DNA of 64,000 nucleotides from Sphaerospermopsis sp. SIO1G1. GTDB taxonomy: Bacteria > Cyanobacteriota > Cyanobacteriia > Cyanobacteriales > Nostocaceae. Within the stretch, counting starts at the first letter, position 1; each line of letters opens with the position of its first letter. The DNA lies in contig JAAHFX010000009.1 of the NCBI GenBank assembly GCA_010672785.1, positions 2,690 through 66,689 of the forward strand, given 5' to 3'. Under the pieces are notes generated by a model. That model was not told the DNA's origin, searched no databases, and worked only from the letters and a program-made list of their open reading frames with translations. Positions 58,648-64,000 of this stretch are shown in pieces. Position numbers and translations under genes: made by a program.

Positions 58648-60336
58648 TTAATAAACACTAGCATTTATATCTTGAGGAGTATTTTTAACTATCTCTAGTG
58701 CTTGCTCCAGTGCTTCTTGACGATGAGTCACTAAATGTTGGGGAGGTAATAAACTCAAAACACCCAAATTTTCTAAGCGTTTCTTAATTTTACCAGCTGC
58801 ACCAACAATAATTACTTGACGACCTTTTTCACAAGCTTCTCTAATTGCACTCTCAATAGTTAAAGAAGCTGTCACACCCATCATGGGTACATCACTTAAG
58901 TCAAGAATGACTACATCGCAGTCTTTAATAGCGTTATGTTCACGGGAGATAGCTTTCGATACACCGAAGATCATCGCACCGCTCAAGTAGAATAGTAAAA
59001 TCCGACCATTTCCTTCATCCAATAAATCTTTTTCTGCGGGGGATAAGTCAATATTGTCATCTGCATCACTGATGGCCTTGACTGTTTGAGACTGCATATT
59101 AGACAGGCGCTCAATTGTTAAGATGTTGGCAATAAACACACCCACACCTACAGCCACAATTAAGTCTACAAATACAGTTAGGAATAACACACCGTACATA
59201 ATTAAGCTTCCCTTGAGGGAAACTTTATGAGAGCGTGTTAAGAAACTCCAATCTAAAATATCAATACCTACTTTCAGGGCAATACCTGCTAAAACTGGCA
59301 TAGGAATACTCTGAGTTATGCCAGCCGCACCCAAAACTACAACTAACAAGATTAAAGCACGAGTGAGACCAGATACCGCAGTCCGCGCCCCAGTTTGGAT
59401 ATTAACAACAGTTCCCATTGTTGCACCAGCACCAGGTAAACCACCGCAGATACCAGAAACTAAATTTGCAACACCTTGACCAATTAATTCTTTATCTGAT
59501 TTATGTTCATAGCGAGTTAAACTATCAGATATGACAGCTGTCAACAAAGTATCAATACACCCTAACATTGCCAACATCACCGCATCAACCAACATTACGG
59601 TAATTTGAGATAATGTGAAGGTTGGCATTTGCAGTGTGGGCAAGCCAGTTTCAATTACACCAATACGTTTGAGATTAGGATCATTACCGAAGAACATTAC
59701 CGAAATTATTGTCACCCCTACTAAAGCTATTAGTTGTGGAGGTACAACTTTCTTGATTTTTTTTGGTGTTAAGAACAGAACTGCTACTGTTGAACCACCT
59801 AGAATTGCAGCGGTAGGATTTATATTTGCAATTAAATCTGGTAGGTTTGTCACTACCCCAATTACACCACCTTTAGGACTAGACTGTCCCAAGAAAGGTG
59901 CAATTTGCAAAAATATCAAAATTACCCCAATTCCTGACATAAAGCCAGAAATTACACTGTAGGGCATAAGGGTGATGTATTTACCTAGCTTAAAAATACC
60001 AAAGATAATTTGAAATACACCTGCTAACATAATTACGGTAAAGCCCATAGCTATACCGATTTCTGGATTATCTGGATGACTTGCACTTAGAGAGGCAAAA
60101 ATACCAGTCATTACCACTGTCATTGGCCCAGTGGGTTCAGAAATTAGGGTAGGTGTACCACCGAATAATGCGGCAAAAAAGCCCACACAGACAGCACCAT
60201 AAAGACCTGCTACAGGGCCAGCACCAGAAGCTACACCGAAAGCTAACGCGAGGGGTAAAGAAATAATTGCAGCGGTAACACCACCAAAGATGTCACCGCG
60301 TAAATTACGGAAATGAATGTAGTTTGTTATTTGCAT
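58648..60336 (-). CDS. bicA: SulP-family Na+-dependent bicarbonate transporter
   Basis: RGDIFGGVTAAIISLPLALAFG, LISEPTGPMTV, GGLPGAGATMGT, C-terminal STAS domain. Confidence 0.9.
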   Translation of the reverse strand: MQITNYIHFRNLRGDIFGGVTAAIISLPLALAFGVASGAGPVAGLYGAVCVGFFAALFGGTPTLISEPTGPMTVVMTGIFASLSASHPDNPEIGIAMGFTVIMLAGVFQIIFGIFKLGKYITLMPYSVISGFMSGIGVILIFLQIAPFLGQSSPKGGVIGVVTNLPDLIANINPTAAILGGSTVAVLFLTPKKIKKVVPPQLIALVGVTIISVMFFGNDPNLKRIGVIETGLPTLQMPTFTLSQITVMLVDAVMLAMLGCIDTLLTAVISDSLTRYEHKSDKELIGQGVANLVSGICGGLPGAGATMGTVVNIQTGARTAVSGLTRALILLVVVLGAAGITQSIPMPVLAGIALKVGIDILDWSFLTRSHKVSLKGSLIMYGVLFLTVFVDLIVAVGVGVFIANILTIERLSNMQSQTVKAISDADDNIDLSPAEKDLLDEGNGRILLFYLSGAMIFGVSKAISREHNAIKDCDVVILDLSDVPMMGVTASLTIESAIREACEKGRQVIIVGAAGKIKKRLENLGVLSLLPPQHLVTHRQEALEQALEIVKNTPQDINASVY

Positions 60337-60669
60337 TGGAGATAAGTAGATGGGGGTTGGAGTTGCATTATTTGGGAATGATTTAAACTAAAACACCCAG
60401 CTTTGCTAAATTGGGTATGATTTGATAATGTTATAGTTTGGATTGTTGAAACTACTTTTAATATTAACTTTTTCTTGCTCCCTAAATAAATATTAATTTT
60501 ATACCTTGATTTAGCAAAGCTTGTTTGACTACGGGATAATTCTTTTTACTGGTTTTAATGAAGTGACAAATTGTACATCATTATTCAGTTTATCCTCAAA
60601 ATATGCAACGCCCCACAGCGTTAGTCGCCGGTTTAGAAGATTGCCGGCAGACCACGACTTATCTGGGAA

Positions 60670-61782
60670 TCAGCTACCCATCAACACTTGAGCAAGAGCG
60701 ATGTATAGAGGTATTCCTATTGCCAGTGCCACTGGTGTGCCGACTGCTGTAGATGAGCCTATGTAAGCAGAAGGATTAGCTTTGGGAATACCAGCTCGTA
60801 AAGTTGGTGGTCCTGAAATGTCTGAACTAGAAGCAGCAATAACGGCTAGGATGACAACACCGCCAAAACTAAATCCAGTAGCATAGTGGGCAATCATACC
60901 AAAACCGAAGGCAATGAAACCATGTAATAATGGGGCAAAGAAGGCATATATGGCGTACCATTGACCAACTTTGCGTAGTTCACCTAGTCTGGCTGTAGCT
61001 TCCATACCCATTACCAACATTAGTATTGAAAGGAGTCCACGGAAGAGGGGATTGAAGAAGCTCTCATAGACACTTTCAGGACGGGTTAGCAAACCAAGAG
61101 CGAGACCGAGTAGTAGTGCTGATAGGGCAGATCCCTGAAGACTTTCCTGAATAATAGGCCATATCTTGACCCTTTGATCTGCGGGATCTTGCTGCTGGCT
61201 GAGATACTCCTGCCTGTTGGCGGGATAATCTGGTGTACTGGAATAGTCCCCTACTGCAACTGGTTGCTTGCTAAGATTCTCATTTGCGGCATCGCGCTGC
61301 TTGCTAGCATAGAGACTGGCTAAAACAATTGCAGTTACGAGTGCGGGTATGTCCATGAAGGGATAGAGTGCAGCAGCCCAAGGTTCATATTGAATGCTTT
61401 GCTCTTCCATGAGAGTTAGGGCTGCTGCAAGGGTAGAACCACTAACAGCACCGAACAAACCTGCGGTGGCAATTGCATCCATAACTTTGATGTTCGGCAT
61501 CTTACCCAATGTGTAGCGCCCAATGAAGACAATCAGGATTCCTGTTACCACCGCAAACAAAGCGGGTAACAGCATTTCTAATATATTGGCATTACGGATC
61601 GCAATCCCGCCGCTCAGTCCCACTTTAATCAGTAGCATGAAGACGATGAATTTATAGATCGCATCCGGAATTGATAGTCTGCTATTAACAGCCGCAACAA
61701 CCGCGCCACCAATCAGAAAACCAAGTGTCGGTGACTGCAACTTCCCCAAAAAGGTCGTCAGAAAATCGGACAAAAATTCCAC
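60670..61782 (-). CDS. sbtA: High-affinity Na+/bicarbonate symporter
   Basis: LQSPTL, FGAVSGSTL, ALYPFMDIPAL, ASSSDISGPPTLRAGIP. Confidence 0.95.
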   Translation of the reverse strand: MEFLSDFLTTFLGKLQSPTLGFLIGGAVVAAVNSRLSIPDAIYKFIVFMLLIKVGLSGGIAIRNANILEMLLPALFAVVTGILIVFIGRYTLGKMPNIKVMDAIATAGLFGAVSGSTLAAALTLMEEQSIQYEPWAAALYPFMDIPALVTAIVLASLYASKQRDAANENLSKQPVAVGDYSSTPDYPANRQEYLSQQQDPADQRVKIWPIIQESLQGSALSALLLGLALGLLTRPESVYESFFNPLFRGLLSILMLVMGMEATARLGELRKVGQWYAIYAFFAPLLHGFIAFGFGMIAHYATGFSFGGVVILAVIAASSSDISGPPTLRAGIPKANPSAYIGSSTAVGTPVALAIGIPLYIALAQVLMGS

Positions 61783-62658
61783 TAATACCTCCTTACTCCT
61801 TCGATAACGAGGAGTTATGACTGTGATGAATTAGATTTAAAAGTTGAAGAAATTATGTGTGAAACTATTCATCCCATAGCGAAGGTGTTATACTAGAGAT
61901 GAAAGGGTAATAAAATATAACCGCTCTCCAAACGGAGCTAGAAGATAATTAATTTCCTAGCTAACCTTTTGGGTTTTCTATCTATCCATTAAGGAAGCTC
62001 CAGATTATTATTCGCTTGAGCCTCTTGCAAAGAATATATAGCTTTTTTCGCTATGTACTTAAGTCTATACCGAAATGCACAGATTTTTTCACTCTCGTGC
62101 ATGGATTTCCAATGTAATGTCAAATTCAAATCATAAGTTTTTCTTTTATTTAGTGATCAAAAATAACTTTATTTACGACCTAGAGTCGTTGACCTTGTTG
62201 GGCCAGCTACCTGTGTGAAGTGTATAATGCCTGGAAAACATTGGTTATATCCTTGATAGGCTGGCAGGAAATCTACAGAGCAGTCAAATTATTGATATAT
62301 ATAATCCTATCCTTGAATCAAACATCATATATTCCAACTTATGCAGTCCTTGGCTAAAAAGCAACGTTTGTGACAACAATTGCATCTAACTGGCAAAATA
62401 TTTTTATAATTAAAACTTATGAATTGAAATATATTGGCTATACCGGATTTCCATTCCTATTAGTTCTGCAACCTGAAGTTTAATAGTGGTCATAATGCCA
62501 AAAGTATAAGTGTTTTTTATACAATGCTTCCGTTAATCTGAGCCAATCTTTGTCAATAGAAGGTAGTGAATTCGCCGATCTTTGGTATAAACTCAAAAAT
62601 ATGGTTCAAGGCAAAACCATAGAGTCTTTTATTAAAATGTTACAACAAAACGTGTTAA

Positions 62659-62985
<327 letters not shown>

Positions 62986-63443
62986 TTCAAAAGCTAAAAG
63001 GCAGGGGGAAGTTAAAAACTTGACCGAGTGATCAGGAAAGTAAAAACTAGGCAGGGAGCAGGGAGTAGGGAGAAAAAATTGTCATTGTGGTGACAGCGAT
63101 TCCGAGTCTAAACAAGTGCAAGGTTTTTGTGACTGTCGCTGCTCTAAGTAGAACAACGGGAAAAACTAAAGTATGCCAATAAAAGTAAATTAACTAAAAA
63201 ACCTTTTTTCTCTTACCTCTTTTCTCTTGCTTTGTCATCACGACAATTTTTAACGCCTACTTACTAGAGTTTGTGCATCCTAGCAATCAAATCTGCTTGC
63301 TGTATTTCCTCTTCCCTGTTCCCTGTAATTCCCTAAAAATAAAAAACTTTGTACCTTACTAATCTGGGAATTGCCATCACTCTAAATTCTGATTTTGTTA
63401 ATAAGCGATCGCCATAAGATTTTATGTTTAATGATTTTTCAAT

Positions 63444-63534
63444 AGGACTTACGCACGAATCATGGAATATCAAACCGCAGAGAACGCAGAGAATACAGAG
63501 GAATAGAGTTTTGGAAGATTTTTGTGTGAGTCCT
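63444..63534. mobile_element. MITE-like repeat, family A
   Basis: AGGACTTACGCA...TGTGTGAGTCCT. Confidence 0.75.
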
Positions 63535-63670
63535 GTTCAATTCAAGGTCCTTTATTTATAAGGATTTCAGTATTTTAATTTTACATATATTTTGCTAATA
63601 TTTATGGTATATCTACCTGCAAAGGTTTACTATCTTAAGATGGTTTATTGTGTACCACTATTAAGTCTAG

Positions 63671-64000
63671 ATGAGTAATTTGAGTGGAGAATTGAACTAC
63701 AATTACATAATATCTAATAATCCAGATGACAGACAAAACCAACCAGAGGGAAGAATCTGGAGAGAACCTTCATTCTACTATTTTGCTTATGGTTCTTGTA
63801 TGTGTCCAGTGGATTTAAAAAGATCCTTGGGTGAAAATACTCATGCTTATGTCATGGGGCCAGCGATATTAAAAGAATATCAATTAAAGTTTTATGGCTA
63901 TTCTCCCAAACGTGAATGTGGAGTTTTAGATGTTATTAATGATAAGACTTCTATTGTTACAGGAGTTCTTTATCAATTACCTTCGCGACTTAGCTACAAT
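63671..64000 (+). CDS. Gamma-glutamylcyclotransferase family protein, runs off the window end
   Basis: Manual translation MSNLSGELNY...PSFYYFAYGSCMCPVDLKRSLGENTH...GVLDV...VTGVLYQLP; YFAYGS motif. Confidence 0.8.
   Translation, partial: MSNLSGELNYNYIISNNPDDRQNQPEGRIWREPSFYYFAYGSCMCPVDLKRSLGENTHAYVMGPAILKEYQLKFYGYSPKRECGVLDVINDKTSIVTGVLYQLPSRLSYN

Noticed and set aside
4303-59962. Numerous 60-115 aa ORFs nested antisense or out of frame in larger genes (e.g. 4303, 9651, 11492, 21174, 24226, 31265, 36409, 49148, 59615)
   Set aside because: Shadow ORFs of well-supported genes with no independent motifs
62038-62054. CmpR/NdhR-type site ATAG-N-CTAT in the sbtA/sbtB spacer
   Set aside because: The spacer is 9 nt rather than the 8 nt I recall; plausible but not supportable in AT-rich DNA

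Overview
AT-rich chromosomal window from a filamentous cyanobacterium, most likely a heterocyst-forming Nostocales. The basis is frequent HIP1 GCGATCGC octamers, heptamer STRR tracts, psaE/ndhO/chlM/sbtAB/bicA and an NsiR1-like sRNA. The backbone is housekeeping genes (psaE-mutM-ndhO, ftsW, chlM, nagA, purE, amt, a prk paralog, murQ, tamB, bicA-sbtA/sbtB), two CHASE2 adenylate-cyclase modules and many ~90-110 bp MITE-like repeats. The most unusual part is a ~16.7 kb accessory block (10699-27405) bracketed by inverted copies of a 107-bp MITE. It holds three MscS channels and an OvoA-type sulfoxide synthase plus EgtD (ergothioneine). It also holds two tandem EgtD-family methyltransferases that lack the histidine side-chain contacts, so they may make a different amino-acid betaine. 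The block further carries a single-ORF fusion of a PstS-fold binding domain (phosphate ligands replaced, including a C-x3-C pair) to an SLH/OprB porin, and an orphan MurL-like ATP-dependent epimerase. Other points: an Rpn/DUF4351 gene with a candidate internal antitoxin start, an mdh remnant, a purE 5' duplication scar next to a PEP-CTERM remnant, and sbtB divergent from sbtA and lacking the redox R-loop. No rRNA, tRNA, CRISPR array, integrase or intact transposase was seen. All family calls come from motif recognition by eye, not from database searches.
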